A DNA stretch of 64,000 nucleotides, from NCBI GenBank assembly GCA_050633245.1, contig JBOEGD010000009.1:256001-320000 (forward strand). Reading direction: 5' to 3'. Both the position numbers and the translations under genes were made by a program. Source of the DNA: Calditrichia bacterium (GTDB lineage Bacteria > Calditrichota > Calditrichia > RBG-13-44-9 > J075). The notes below the pieces were generated by a model. That model did not search any database. It saw nothing but the letters and a program-made list of their open reading frames with translations, and was not told where the DNA came from. Positions 30,501 to 39,462 of the stretch are shown in pieces. How positions within the stretch are numbered: position 1 is the first letter of the stretch; each line of letters starts with the position of its first letter.

Positions 30501-31151
30501 TCTGCATCAGGGAAAATAGACTTTGCCTTCCGACAGATCACTCAAATCCCCCAGGGCAGTGCTATAGAAATTGTATCCACCAATAAGGAGAATCAAACTC
30601 TTCATGCGTTTAAGGAAAGAGAGATCTCAAACTATTCTGTTTATTCGAGACCCACTATAGAGATTGCTGTAGATTCAGGCAGCAACACCTTGGCGGCAGG
30701 CGAAAGCATACCTTTAAAAATGCACCTGAAGACGCTTGATTATCACAAGAAGAACGCCCGCTTCAACCTGGTTATCGATAGCAATGCTCCCAACCAACAG
30801 CGGACTCGTATTCCAATTTCGCTACAGGTGTCGGAAGAGCTTCACATAGATGAATTTTCGGGTTCGGTGCCGGAGCAGGTTGAGTTGCAGCAAAATTTCC
30901 CAAATCCCTTCAATCCGCAAACGACGATTAGCTTTCGTCTACCCGAACCCGTTCACGCCAGACTAGTGGTTTATAATACCCTGGGGCAAATTGTAAACAC
31001 GTTAATTGACGAGCCGCTGTCGACCGGCGAATTTCGTATTCCCTGGCGGGCAATAAACGATGTTGGGCAAGTTCTTCCGAGCGGGATTTATTTTTATGAA
31101 TTAAAGGCGGGTGATTTTTCTCAGATCAGAAAGATGATACTGCTGCACTAA
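27573..31151 (+). CDS. Secreted multidomain M14 zinc carboxypeptidase with Ig-like domains and C-terminal sorting domain
   Basis: Signal peptide from MNTSLRH; GYHGDE, VNPDG, RRNANHVDLNRDW, SLHAG, YPW, WTMEL; ILSNDP Ig/ASH-like segment; QNFPNPFNPQTTISF...LPSGIYFY tail. Confidence 0.88.
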   Translation: MNTSLRHIVLLSLLLCPTLLLSDWRPKEMKVKVELQKPEDLAKLTELGITPAHTQLPIVYLHIIPAELKALREIGFTPQILIASLSNHSRNLLKQPALQGYLGYNDMLHRLEELQKQYQHIIRLQTIGKSVLGRKLIAVKISDNPSLSEAEPKLAFDGGYHGDEIITTEVLIRFIEDFCSRYATDKRVRQLINSREIHVLPLVNPDGRETLTRRNANHVDLNRDWGHLWNSAGNSEHPFSQPETRAVLNWINKQNFSIHQSLHAGAQLISYPWSCRPGRVPDAALFDYLASGYATSSGYSTLQLGSGYNELYPVCGTAKDAYYALNGTLGWTMELTQNKTPAYSEVDAIYQQNKPSFLYLLQQVGHGLAATIQDAQTGKPVMARIEIRNDRQNFWPIYSPRGYFHKFLLQGKYELRVSANGYKTAVFPNISVKDTGAVKLNIALSATSGSYAFKTMATRVPQTTSGLLKPPFQALGSPDNRGYSLGRNGWIILDMAAEVRDLPGDDLRIFEAGNSNEGYELSVSINPHGPWKHIGGGRGTSDFDLARHDIARFRYLRIEDDGDGFSGLSNAGFDLDAVESSLLPGNEPYLIAESYTVLDTLNNFNGILEIGETAGIRIKLENLGKQTSAAGKIRVRQASPGITVLTDSSSFPSLSPGASVWCDGFGLRIEPTINLERETIVQLEMRTAKGKAWLHPLNLQINSGGQLELSVSELTFDAVFIDSRQTTQLQLNNSGSDSLKIFRLHTKGKQFSVEPSQLIIPPFQSTLVNVYYQPIAEQQVNDTLQILSNDPRFPRRYLALSGSGIQAPELRLQTDSLHLSLLPNDSASILVGLQNIGAGMLNYSVSMEFEALDGFKLSSSDSPESRRFQWINYQEFEQLEFTRQQKAQKVSLPFQFKFQGKKYRTITVSTNGQLIFSDSTNIDGESDLKISALGSQLRTSGNSKISYWTSKDMCVFEWKEMSFAKSDGVATFRITLSASGKIDFAFRQITQIPQGSAIEIVSTNKENQTLHAFKEREISNYSVYSRPTIEIAVDSGSNTLAAGESIPLKMHLKTLDYHKKNARFNLVIDSNAPNQQRTRIPISLQVSEELHIDEFSGSVPEQVELQQNFPNPFNPQTTISFRLPEPVHARLVVYNTLGQIVNTLIDEPLSTGEFRIPWRAINDVGQVLPSGIYFYELKAGDFSQIRKMILLH

Positions 31152-31189
31152 TAGTTCTCTGCTTCGGCCTACAGCCTTAGCTGCCAGGT

Positions 31190-31520
31190 GGTAGGTTGTT
31201 GGACGTCCCGGAGAGGCTTTTTGGACGCTTCGCTTATCGGGCACTGCGTTGATTGGGTGTTCCGGAGGGGCTTATTGGAAAAGATTCTCACCTTCAAGTA
31301 TTGCATTCTATTTGTTCCCATAAACGAGCAAAGAGAGCGAACCATCAGTTCCGAGAATCGGGATGCCCTAAACGCAGTGAGCGGCCTATCAGCACCGCAG
31401 GTGCGTCCTGTCCGTTCCGAAGGAACGCCATATGAGCAAAGCGCTCTCTTTGTTCCCATTAGCGAACAAAGAGAGCGCCCTATCAGCGAAACGCCCCATC
31501 TGTTCCAAAGGAGCGCCCCG
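31190..31520. repeat. Cluster of REP-like palindromes and imperfect direct repeats between convergent genes
   Basis: Perfect 15-bp-stem hairpin GCGCTCTCTTTGTTC-ccattagc-GAACAAAGAGAGCGC (31441-31478); diverged copy at ~31311-31340; paired CCGGAG(A/G)GGCTT(T/A)TTGGA and GTTCC(G/A)AAGGA(A/G)CGCC motifs. Confidence 0.7.
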
Positions 31521-31536
31521 TGAGTCATTTCAATTT

Positions 31537-32895
31537 CTAGCTTTTATCCTTTACTAAATCTACGCGATTCAGCTTGACCTTCTTAAAGCTCTCATCACTG
31601 ATTACATAGTACCAGTTAGCAAAGCGATCATTCAAATCATCTGCCAGCTTGCGGCCGTCATCAACCTGTTTTTGCCAGGTATCGTAAGCCAACTGTAAAG
31701 CCTGATTAGCACGATCTGAATCAGTAAACAAGCTATCGGCTTTTCCAACAAAATCGGTATTAGCCGGCTTTCGCGGTTCTTTAAAACGATCTTCCTGAAA
31801 GGATGTTGTTACGAACAAATACCGGTTTTCTGCTGGTCCGGATGTATTGGCTTCACCACCACCGGCACTTACTTCAAGACCGCTTCCATAGGCAACTTCA
31901 CCAAATCGCAGCGTATACAAGATACCAGTCTTCGTACCAACCTGAACTTCACCTTCATTAGAGAACAATCCGGAACCTTCAACCAGATAGTAGCCTTTGC
32001 TTTGCAACGACATTAAATCTGACATTTCCATTCCAGTATCATTGGACGAACGCTTTAGACTTGCAGAAAGCCCTTTTGGCTTCGGGCGCACACCAACGAT
32101 GCTCAGCTCATCAATAGCCTTCATCAGCTCGGTAATCTTGGTGGTATTCGTCTCTTTACTACGCGGCATGCGATTCATCTTCCAGGCAGCGCCCTCACGA
32201 GCCAACGTGATCTCATCGCGCTCATTGATACGTCCCTGACGTTCGTTTACGCGATAGTCCTTGATGGTGACCATATCGATATCATCAGGTCCCGGAACCT
32301 GAAGCAGATCTGCTTCAATCCAGTCGCTGAACTTGGTTGAGACATCAAAATCCGTGCGAACGGCGTAGATGCGCTTTTGATCGGGAATGCGCAGAAAACG
32401 AAATCCTTCGCGTCCCTCAATCTTGTTGCCCAAAATATAATCGGCCAGCACTTTATCATTTGCTCCGCGAATAGTAACGCGCTCACCACGCCCGACAAGA
32501 CTAGTGGCGCTTTCATCCAGCGGGTCGACAACGCCACAGGCTTCCCAATCGGAGGTATTATCTGAGCGATAGTCGTCCTTAACGATACCAATCGCTCCGG
32601 CAGCCGTTTTAGAAAGGCGATCTGCACCATCTGCAGGATAGCTATTGTGAGATGGAATCGACCATCTTCCATCCGCAAAGACGACCTTAAACGGAATCGC
32701 TTCGCCAGTCTCTTCATCCCAGCGAATAACCTCCAAAGAAGTAGCCTCATTGGGATCTGTGAATTCCGGATAAAACGCTTCGCCCTGATCGATAAATGCA
32801 TCAGGCGTAATGCGGCTCGGTGTGGTAATCAACGCAAGAAGCAGAAGTCCCAGCGCAACACCGGCAAACATATATGTTGTTTTCTTCTCATTCAT
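31537..32895 (-). CDS. DUF4340 domain-containing periplasmic protein
   Basis: N-terminal TM, W.IPSH..YPAD, STKFSDWIE, YTLRFG; typical position downstream of GldG-family gene. Confidence 0.75.
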   Translation of the reverse strand: MNEKKTTYMFAGVALGLLLLALITTPSRITPDAFIDQGEAFYPEFTDPNEATSLEVIRWDEETGEAIPFKVVFADGRWSIPSHNSYPADGADRLSKTAAGAIGIVKDDYRSDNTSDWEACGVVDPLDESATSLVGRGERVTIRGANDKVLADYILGNKIEGREGFRFLRIPDQKRIYAVRTDFDVSTKFSDWIEADLLQVPGPDDIDMVTIKDYRVNERQGRINERDEITLAREGAAWKMNRMPRSKETNTTKITELMKAIDELSIVGVRPKPKGLSASLKRSSNDTGMEMSDLMSLQSKGYYLVEGSGLFSNEGEVQVGTKTGILYTLRFGEVAYGSGLEVSAGGGEANTSGPAENRYLFVTTSFQEDRFKEPRKPANTDFVGKADSLFTDSDRANQALQLAYDTWQKQVDDGRKLADDLNDRFANWYYVISDESFKKVKLNRVDLVKDKS

Positions 32896-32898
32896 CGC

Positions 32899-35565
32899 TT
32901 AGCTCCTTAATCGTCTTGCTGAGGATACGCTATCTTCTTCACGCTTACGACGACGCATGAAGATCATCATTCCAATAATTATAACCGGAATGGGTGGAAT
33001 TAGAACCGCCAATGTTTTGATGCGACTTTGGATAGCGCGTATCTGACTTTCCATGCGCTCCTTACTATCAGCAATCTTGGCATCGCGTTCTGCTTCAATA
33101 TTTTGCTTAAGAGCATCGAACTTTCGCTGCTCCGCTTCGCGAATATTTGTAGACATAATACGCTTGGTCTGATTATCGACATCCGTACGCTGCTGAACCT
33201 CGGCCACGCGTTCTTCCAAACGCTGCTGTGCATTCTGTAGTGCGACCTGTGCTTCAGACTCTGCCTTTTGCTCATCGGCAGATCGCTCTTCAACAAAGTT
33301 TTGAATATTACCTTCAACGCGTTCCAGGGTGCGATGTTGCACACGTCGGCTGCGAAGGGCAATAAATGAATCGTCCCCCATAACCATATCCATCGAATTC
33401 AGGAAGAAGGAAACGTTATCGAAATTCAATCCACCAACTCCCTGCTTGCGAATTTCAAAGAACTGCTCGGAAATAAAGTCGATGTCTGCAATAACAAGCG
33501 CCTTAATCGGTTTAACGGCGGCAGCTCCGGAATCGCTGGAAGCTGCGCGAGTAAGGCTCGCAGCAAAGGTGTAGTCGACTGTGTTCGGACGATGCGGCAG
33601 ACCGCGAGTATTCAGCTGAGTACCAAAAAAGCTACGCTGCACCATTCGTCCATATTCCTGAGTGGCGGACTTGAAGCCGGACCGAACCAGCGGCTGGAAG
33701 TCAATATCCGAACCTGAGGCTTTGTTGATAAAGCCCGGGAACATCAGCACCAGTTCCTGAAGCTTTGCACTTGCCGGTTGATCGGTATTAAACGTTTCCG
33801 GATTCTGATTACCACGTCCTATAAAGACCACTTCCGGCGGCAGATTGCTAAAATCCGGATGCGGGTTGTAAGCATCCCATACAATTTGCGTCTTATTCCA
33901 GTTAACACCCAGTTTGTTCATAAAGGCCTCAATATTGCCTTTCGGCTTGGGTGGCGGGCCTTGCTGCTGCTGAAATGGATTCTTGTTTCCATCCGATTTC
34001 TCTGATGGTGAAAGAGATAAATCAACAACGGGCAGTGGATCGACCAACAGCAATGTTGGAACACCGGTTTCGATGAAATTCATAACGTTGTCCATTTCGT
34101 CCTGCGCCATAGAAGATGGCATTGGAACAACCAGTCCGTCAACTTCCTCGGTAATTGCCGCAGCAGGTGCAATGCGTACCACTTCATACTGCTTCTTTAA
34201 TTCGGCAACAACCTGCCAGGACGGTTTGGTATTCATCGTCTGAAAATCAAATCCACCAAAGACATCGGCTTTCGTTACTACTACGCCGACTTTTTTACGT
34301 GCCGTCTTTGCAACGGTGCGAATACTGCGAACCAGTTCATATTCAGTCGGAAGTCCCGGTTCGAAGAAGGGAATTACTTCCTCTTCAGCACCACATGTAA
34401 AGGCAACGCCCATAAACACCTGGTTAATCGAAGCACGTGCGCTTCCGGGGTCAGGCACTTCGCGTGGCACAATACCAAACTTCTCACGTGCATCCCGCGC
34501 TTCCTGAGTATAAGGTTCGGTATCGTGAATGAGTACCTGAACCTTAGAACCACCCTCAGAATCGATTTCGGTGAGGAAATCTACCAGGTTGGCACGTGTT
34601 TGAACCAGCTGCTGCGGCACGTCCTTGCTGATATAGGCCTGTATCAATACCGGGCGATCATCCGGAATTTCACCAAGCAATTGCGGCGTTTCGCCAGACA
34701 ACGAGTGTAGCTGCTCCGCGGTGGTATCGAGACGTACATCCATGCGACCGATAACGGCATTAAGGCTAATGAGTCCGACAACCAGTGCGGCAGCGCGAAT
34801 TCCGTGGTGCATACTCATCTTCATACCGTCGGCTTCATTCGGCCACAGACGGCGTCCAATAAACACGACGTTGAAGTAAATCATGAGTGCGGTAAGTGAC
34901 AGAAAATAGAAGAGACCGGAGAAGCTGACAACGCCTCTGGCGAAATCACCAAAATGTCCCGTTACGCCAAGCGGCGATAAAAAGTCTCGCAGACCGTCAC
35001 CAAAGATGCCACCAAATGCTCCTATAAATACAAAGAAAGCACAGAAAAGCGCTCCGAGCACAAACGAAATCGTCGCATTCTTAGAAAACAACGAGGCAAA
35101 CATGCCAATGGCAATAAAAGCAACGCCAATCAGCCAATAGCCAAAGTAGTTACCAAACATCAAACCGATATCCGGGCTTCCCAGCCAGAACAAGACGAAC
35201 ACATGGCTTACAGATAGTGCAAGCGATGCGGTGTAGATGCCTACAGCTGCCAGGAATTTACCCAGAACAATTTCCAAATCGGTTCCCGGTAGCGTTAGCA
35301 ACAGTTCGTCGGTTCCCTGTTTACGCTCATCAGCCCAAATCCCCATCGTAAGCGCGGGAATAAAAAACATAAGAATGAGCGGGAACAGCTGGTTTAGCTG
35401 ATTAAGGTTTGCCAGGTTATTGGCAAAGAAACGCGCTTGCCAGAATGCGGCGACGGCGCTTAAAAAAATAAACAGCGTTATAAATACATATCCGGTGGGG
35501 TTCGTAAAATAGAGACGCAAATCCCTCCGAAAAATTGCTTTCACAATATTCCAGTTTACATTCAT
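32899..35565 (-). CDS. GldF-GldG fusion (ABC-2 permease + GldG/ABC_transp_aux domain)
   Basis: IFRRDLRLYFTNPTGY, WADERKQGTDELLLTLP, GKFLA; RLDTTAEQLHSLS, EYELVRSI, VIADIDF, NVSFFLNSMD, LRSR. Confidence 0.85.
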   Translation of the reverse strand: MNVNWNIVKAIFRRDLRLYFTNPTGYVFITLFIFLSAVAAFWQARFFANNLANLNQLNQLFPLILMFFIPALTMGIWADERKQGTDELLLTLPGTDLEIVLGKFLAAVGIYTASLALSVSHVFVLFWLGSPDIGLMFGNYFGYWLIGVAFIAIGMFASLFSKNATISFVLGALFCAFFVFIGAFGGIFGDGLRDFLSPLGVTGHFGDFARGVVSFSGLFYFLSLTALMIYFNVVFIGRRLWPNEADGMKMSMHHGIRAAALVVGLISLNAVIGRMDVRLDTTAEQLHSLSGETPQLLGEIPDDRPVLIQAYISKDVPQQLVQTRANLVDFLTEIDSEGGSKVQVLIHDTEPYTQEARDAREKFGIVPREVPDPGSARASINQVFMGVAFTCGAEEEVIPFFEPGLPTEYELVRSIRTVAKTARKKVGVVVTKADVFGGFDFQTMNTKPSWQVVAELKKQYEVVRIAPAAAITEEVDGLVVPMPSSMAQDEMDNVMNFIETGVPTLLLVDPLPVVDLSLSPSEKSDGNKNPFQQQQGPPPKPKGNIEAFMNKLGVNWNKTQIVWDAYNPHPDFSNLPPEVVFIGRGNQNPETFNTDQPASAKLQELVLMFPGFINKASGSDIDFQPLVRSGFKSATQEYGRMVQRSFFGTQLNTRGLPHRPNTVDYTFAASLTRAASSDSGAAAVKPIKALVIADIDFISEQFFEIRKQGVGGLNFDNVSFFLNSMDMVMGDDSFIALRSRRVQHRTLERVEGNIQNFVEERSADEQKAESEAQVALQNAQQRLEERVAEVQQRTDVDNQTKRIMSTNIREAEQRKFDALKQNIEAERDAKIADSKERMESQIRAIQSRIKTLAVLIPPIPVIIIGMMIFMRRRKREEDSVSSARRLRS

Positions 35566-36320
35566 GCCTTCTCCTCCTTACCAGCGATGTGGCCATTTCC
35601 GGTAAGACGATAAAACGGTTTCTCTAATGATCCGCTTTCACGTAGCTCTGCGGTTGAACCATTAAATACGAGTTTGCCTTCATTTATAAAGACCACATGA
35701 TCGGCCACAGCATCTACTTCTTGCAGAATGTGTGTGGACAACAGAATGGTCTTGGACTTCCCAAGCTCCTTAATATTCGCACGGAAGTCACGAATCTGAT
35801 TCGGATCGAGACCGGAAGTCGGTTCATCCATAATCAGCACGTCGGGGTCGTGCAGCAATGCCTGCGCAAGACCAACGCGCTGACGATATCCGCGAGAGAG
35901 TTTACCGATCGGCTTTTCCAGCACCTGCTGTAAGGCACACTGTTCGGTTACAGCTTTCACGCGTTTGTCCAACATATCTTCTGTCATGCCACGCGCTTCA
36001 CCAAAGAACTGTAGCAGTTCCAGCGGAGTCATGTCTAAATAGAGTGGTCCGTTCTCGGGAAGATAACCAAGCCGTTTGGCGGCCTGTAGGCGATCCGTAA
36101 GCACATCGTGGCCGGCAATAGTTGCCCTACCCTCACTTGGAGCAAGAAAACCGGTGAGGATTTTCATGGTAGTGGATTTGCCTGCGCCATTTGGGCCTAG
36201 AAACGCGGTTATCTGACCTTCCGGTATCGAGAACGAGACATCTTTGATGGCAACGAATGAACCGTAGAATTTACTCAGGCCATTCGCTTCAATCATGGTT
36301 TTTGACGATTTGTCAGCCAT
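35562..36320 (-). CDS. ABC transporter ATP-binding protein (GldA-like)
   Basis: GPNGAGKST, LSRGYRQRVGLAQAL, IMDEPTSGLDP, STH. Confidence 0.93.
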   Translation of the reverse strand: MADKSSKTMIEANGLSKFYGSFVAIKDVSFSIPEGQITAFLGPNGAGKSTTMKILTGFLAPSEGRATIAGHDVLTDRLQAAKRLGYLPENGPLYLDMTPLELLQFFGEARGMTEDMLDKRVKAVTEQCALQQVLEKPIGKLSRGYRQRVGLAQALLHDPDVLIMDEPTSGLDPNQIRDFRANIKELGKSKTILLSTHILQEVDAVADHVVFINEGKLVFNGSTAELRESGSLEKPFYRLTGNGHIAGKEEKA

Positions 36321-36734
36321 ATGTCACCTCGTTTAAAAGACCTTGAAGAGTTAATTAAATGTCGCTATGCGACGGTAGCAAAAGAGTGTTTTGCTAGCTT
36401 GTATGACAAAGTTTTGAATTTGTTTCACCACGATCCGGATTTTTGCGGTGTCCGGTTTCTCCAGCGGTGAAGCGGCAAGAAATTACGGCATTTTATCAAT
36501 CTATTCAACGGTTTTTGGAAAAAATCGCGCGAAGTGCGCAGAGTAAAATCATTTCGCTGAAAATCCGGGCTAAAATCCGGCAATCAGCTCTTCAATTAAC
36601 TCAACAGCAGCGCTAAAAAGAGGTATTCGAATCTGGAGAAAGAATTCTGAAAAATGATCAGCTTCGGAGGACAAAGTCTCAACAGATTGCCATTCATTCG
36701 CTTCATAGAACGTCAAATTGATTCACTTTTTGCT

Positions 36735-37889
36735 CTACACAAAATATAGACGGTTTTCCCGCAGCAGCCAAATGCTAGAACAAACCATCGAAATCGGTGT
36801 CGAACAGGCAATCAAATGCCAGATAAAGCAAAGCTGAGGTGACGATTCCAATCCCGTATTCAGGATAAACTGAAGCGGCAGCGCAAAGGGAAGCAGCGCA
36901 AGCAAAAACAGCGGAGAAAGATGCACCTTATGTTTCCAAAAGACTGGTATGGCCAGCACGACAAGAAGAACCAGGTCGTAAGCCCGGTGATAGGTTAACA
37001 GAAAGAACAGGCTGTTTGTCAATAGCAACAGAGTTAAATCGTCCAGCTGATTTGAGTAGCGATAAAGCAGCGTCAATCCTACAACAGCTACAGCGCCGAG
37101 CAAAATGAGCAATCCTATTCCCTCAACTCCAAAAACAGCGGCCAACGGAGCAAGATCCATTCTGCCGGACGTGCCCATCAGAAGATAGCTGTTCACACCA
37201 GTAGATTCGAATGACGATACACTTATCCAAAGCTGCTTCCAGTAGCCGATTGGACCAGCAGAGAAAATAAAGGTGCTGGAAAAGTGCAGTAGTAGAGCAA
37301 TAAATCCTGCGGTAACCGTCTGCCATATTTCACGTCGCAATAGCAGAAAAAGGAAAAACGGCACCGCAAGCGTTAGCTTCAACGTTGCAGCTCCCAGCGC
37401 AATAAGAGGTAGCCAGGTTTTATCCCGATGGTTATCAAAAAACCAAAGCAGCAGAAAAATAACCGGCAACGACATTTGTCCGGCGGCAAGCGCCAGCCAA
37501 CTGCCCTTAAACAGAAGGATGGAGAGAATAACACAGACTGCAAGGAAGACCGACAGATCTGAAGGAAGTTTCCGTAGTGTAGAATGAATAAGCCAGCCGA
37601 GCATTAACAGAGACATTGACAGCCACAAAAGACGTGCAATATCCCATGACAATGCACCAAGCCCGGCCAAAACCGGAAAAGCAAGCGGAAGATAGGGAGG
37701 AACAAAAGGTGGCTTTAAGGAAGGTTTTTCCTGATTATCGGAAAGCAGCAGATGTACAGCTCTAACATGGCTGGATAAATCCCACTGCGAGGAATCTGTC
37801 CAGAGTCCTTTAGCGCCGTAGCGATATCCGCCTGCGAAGGCGGAGATACCAACTAGTAAAATCAGCACATAGCGAGCCGATATCTGCAT
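36735..37889 (-). CDS. Glycosyltransferase family 87 (DUF2029, GT-C fold) membrane protein
   Basis: Multi-TM; PPYLPLAFP, AGQ, LKLTLAVP, YHRAYD motifs. Confidence 0.7.
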   Translation of the reverse strand: MQISARYVLILLVGISAFAGGYRYGAKGLWTDSSQWDLSSHVRAVHLLLSDNQEKPSLKPPFVPPYLPLAFPVLAGLGALSWDIARLLWLSMSLLMLGWLIHSTLRKLPSDLSVFLAVCVILSILLFKGSWLALAAGQMSLPVIFLLLWFFDNHRDKTWLPLIALGAATLKLTLAVPFFLFLLLRREIWQTVTAGFIALLLHFSSTFIFSAGPIGYWKQLWISVSSFESTGVNSYLLMGTSGRMDLAPLAAVFGVEGIGLLILLGAVAVVGLTLLYRYSNQLDDLTLLLLTNSLFFLLTYHRAYDLVLLVVLAIPVFWKHKVHLSPLFLLALLPFALPLQFILNTGLESSPQLCFIWHLIACSTPISMVCSSIWLLRENRLYFV

Positions 37890-37891
37890 GG

Positions 37892-39268
37892 TTATTCTTC
37901 GAGCAGCTTAAAGTCTCCACTTGTGTTTCGACCGGTATTAGAGCTACTGTTTGTAGAATTCGGTAGCCCGCCAACCCATGCGCCACTAAAAGTATTACGA
38001 CTTCCATTGCGACGAACTTCCAGATCGATCAGTTCGAGTCCTTCAGCAGCAAATTCGCGGCCTTTGTTTTCGAATCCTGTTTGAGCATCATTGATCCAAA
38101 TCTTGTTGCCTGCGCTGCCCGGCAGCCAAACACCGATATATTGATTAGCACCATTTTCAAGCACCAGTTCAAAATCGCTTAGATAGTAGCCGTCTGTGCG
38201 ATACCCGCGATGTCGGGAAATAAATCCGCCATTATCTTTCGCTTTCCAAATTTTATCTGCGCCGCCCGACTTCCAGATACCCGCATATTTGGTCACGCCG
38301 TTTCGAGTATAGCCTTCCACATCAAACAGCTGCAGCCCGTCTTTAAGATATCCGGAGCGCTTTTGCAGAAATTCCTGCCAGGTTAAGCCTACCCACAATT
38401 TATGATCTGCGGAGGCACGTCGAAAGAGTCCAACGTATTCAAAATCACCGGAACCAACGGCTACTTCCACATCCACAATACGATACCCTTGAGCACGTAG
38501 CTGCTGACGCGTCGAGCGAAACGTCGGCCAATCTGTTGAACGAAAAACACGCGTATCCCCTGCCCCACCGCTCCAAACACCACTGTATGTAGAAACGGCG
38601 CCGGTGCGATTTGTTTCAAGGTCTACCAAATTAAAGGTAGCTGCAAGTTCACGATCACGCTGTACAAAGGCATCCCACCCAGCGTCAATCATCAATTGAT
38701 TCCCGCGACCGGTATTTATTGTTGAAGGGATCGTTGTTCGAGGTTGCGTCGTTTGCGGAGTAAAACTCTGAGGAACCGGATTGGTTGTCCGCGGTTGCTG
38801 AGGAGCCGGAACGGTTTGTGTGATGACACGTGTTTTGCCGGAAAAGACAAAGACGTAATCAACCGGCCGCTTAGCAGAAACAGTCACCTCTTTTGTAACG
38901 CTTACATTAGACTCAGGATGTGTAACCACCATACTCTGCGAACTGCCGTTCATATCTTCCGGTACTGCGAGAACAAAATCGCCGTCAAAACCACTAAGGG
39001 TGGTGTCGCCGCCCAGAGTAACCTGAACATTCGCAATTCCGTGGTCACGATCATCAACCACCAGACCGCGCACGGGAATCGTAGGGCCGTCTGGCGATGC
39101 AATTACCGGATCGGACTTAAATGCCCCATTCCAAAGACTATATAACAAATATGCAAATAGGCCCAGAAGAGCAACAAACAGAATAATCTTTCCTGTCGGC
39201 AGCTCGCCAGCCGGTATCTGGCTGGATTCATAGGTTTGATTGCGTTTTCGCGCTTTGCGCATTGCCAT
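37892..39268 (-). CDS. Membrane-anchored protein with Ig-like domain, Pro/Thr linker and five BTRD1-like (polyglycine-hydrolase structural) repeats
   Basis: One TM; VRGLVVD..GIANVQVTL...DGDF carboxypeptidase-regulatory-like domain; five ~50-aa repeats with W..F.......GY/L.(L/I).D.E.......Y.G.W. Confidence 0.7.
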   Translation of the reverse strand: MAMRKARKRNQTYESSQIPAGELPTGKIILFVALLGLFAYLLYSLWNGAFKSDPVIASPDGPTIPVRGLVVDDRDHGIANVQVTLGGDTTLSGFDGDFVLAVPEDMNGSSQSMVVTHPESNVSVTKEVTVSAKRPVDYVFVFSGKTRVITQTVPAPQQPRTTNPVPQSFTPQTTQPRTTIPSTINTGRGNQLMIDAGWDAFVQRDRELAATFNLVDLETNRTGAVSTYSGVWSGGAGDTRVFRSTDWPTFRSTRQQLRAQGYRIVDVEVAVGSGDFEYVGLFRRASADHKLWVGLTWQEFLQKRSGYLKDGLQLFDVEGYTRNGVTKYAGIWKSGGADKIWKAKDNGGFISRHRGYRTDGYYLSDFELVLENGANQYIGVWLPGSAGNKIWINDAQTGFENKGREFAAEGLELIDLEVRRNGSRNTFSGAWVGGLPNSTNSSSNTGRNTSGDFKLLEE

Positions 39269-39329
39269 CTTTTTCTCCCCTTCTGACGTTGCGTCACAAC
39301 ACGCTGTAGTGACGATGATACATCGAAAG

Positions 39330-39358
39330 AAAATAAGGATTTACAGCTATAATGTCAA
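39330..39358 (-). promoter_or_regulatory. Sigma70-like promoter for the repeat protein/GT87 operon
   Basis: TTGACA (39358-39353), 17 nt, TATTTT (39335-39330). Confidence 0.5.
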
Positions 39359-39462
39359 GCGGGTTGTAGACTTACGTCGACGCAGAGAAATACCGTCATT
39401 TATAAAGTTATATATGCTTATACCGACTGTAGCAGAAAGAAGAAATATAAAATTCGTATTAC

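Noticed and set aside
31190-31520. Possible CRISPR array
   Set aside because: Only two copies per motif, non-identical and irregularly spaced; no cas genes.
31169-31528. Overlapping 111-119 aa ORFs on both strands
   Set aside because: They coincide with the palindromic repeat cluster, and the apparent peptide repeats (LFVPI.EQRER.IS) just mirror the DNA repeats; no RBS or family signal.
32899-36320. Evidence for gliding motility
   Set aside because: GldA/F/G-like ABC systems occur widely in non-gliding bacteria, and no other gld/spr genes are in the window.
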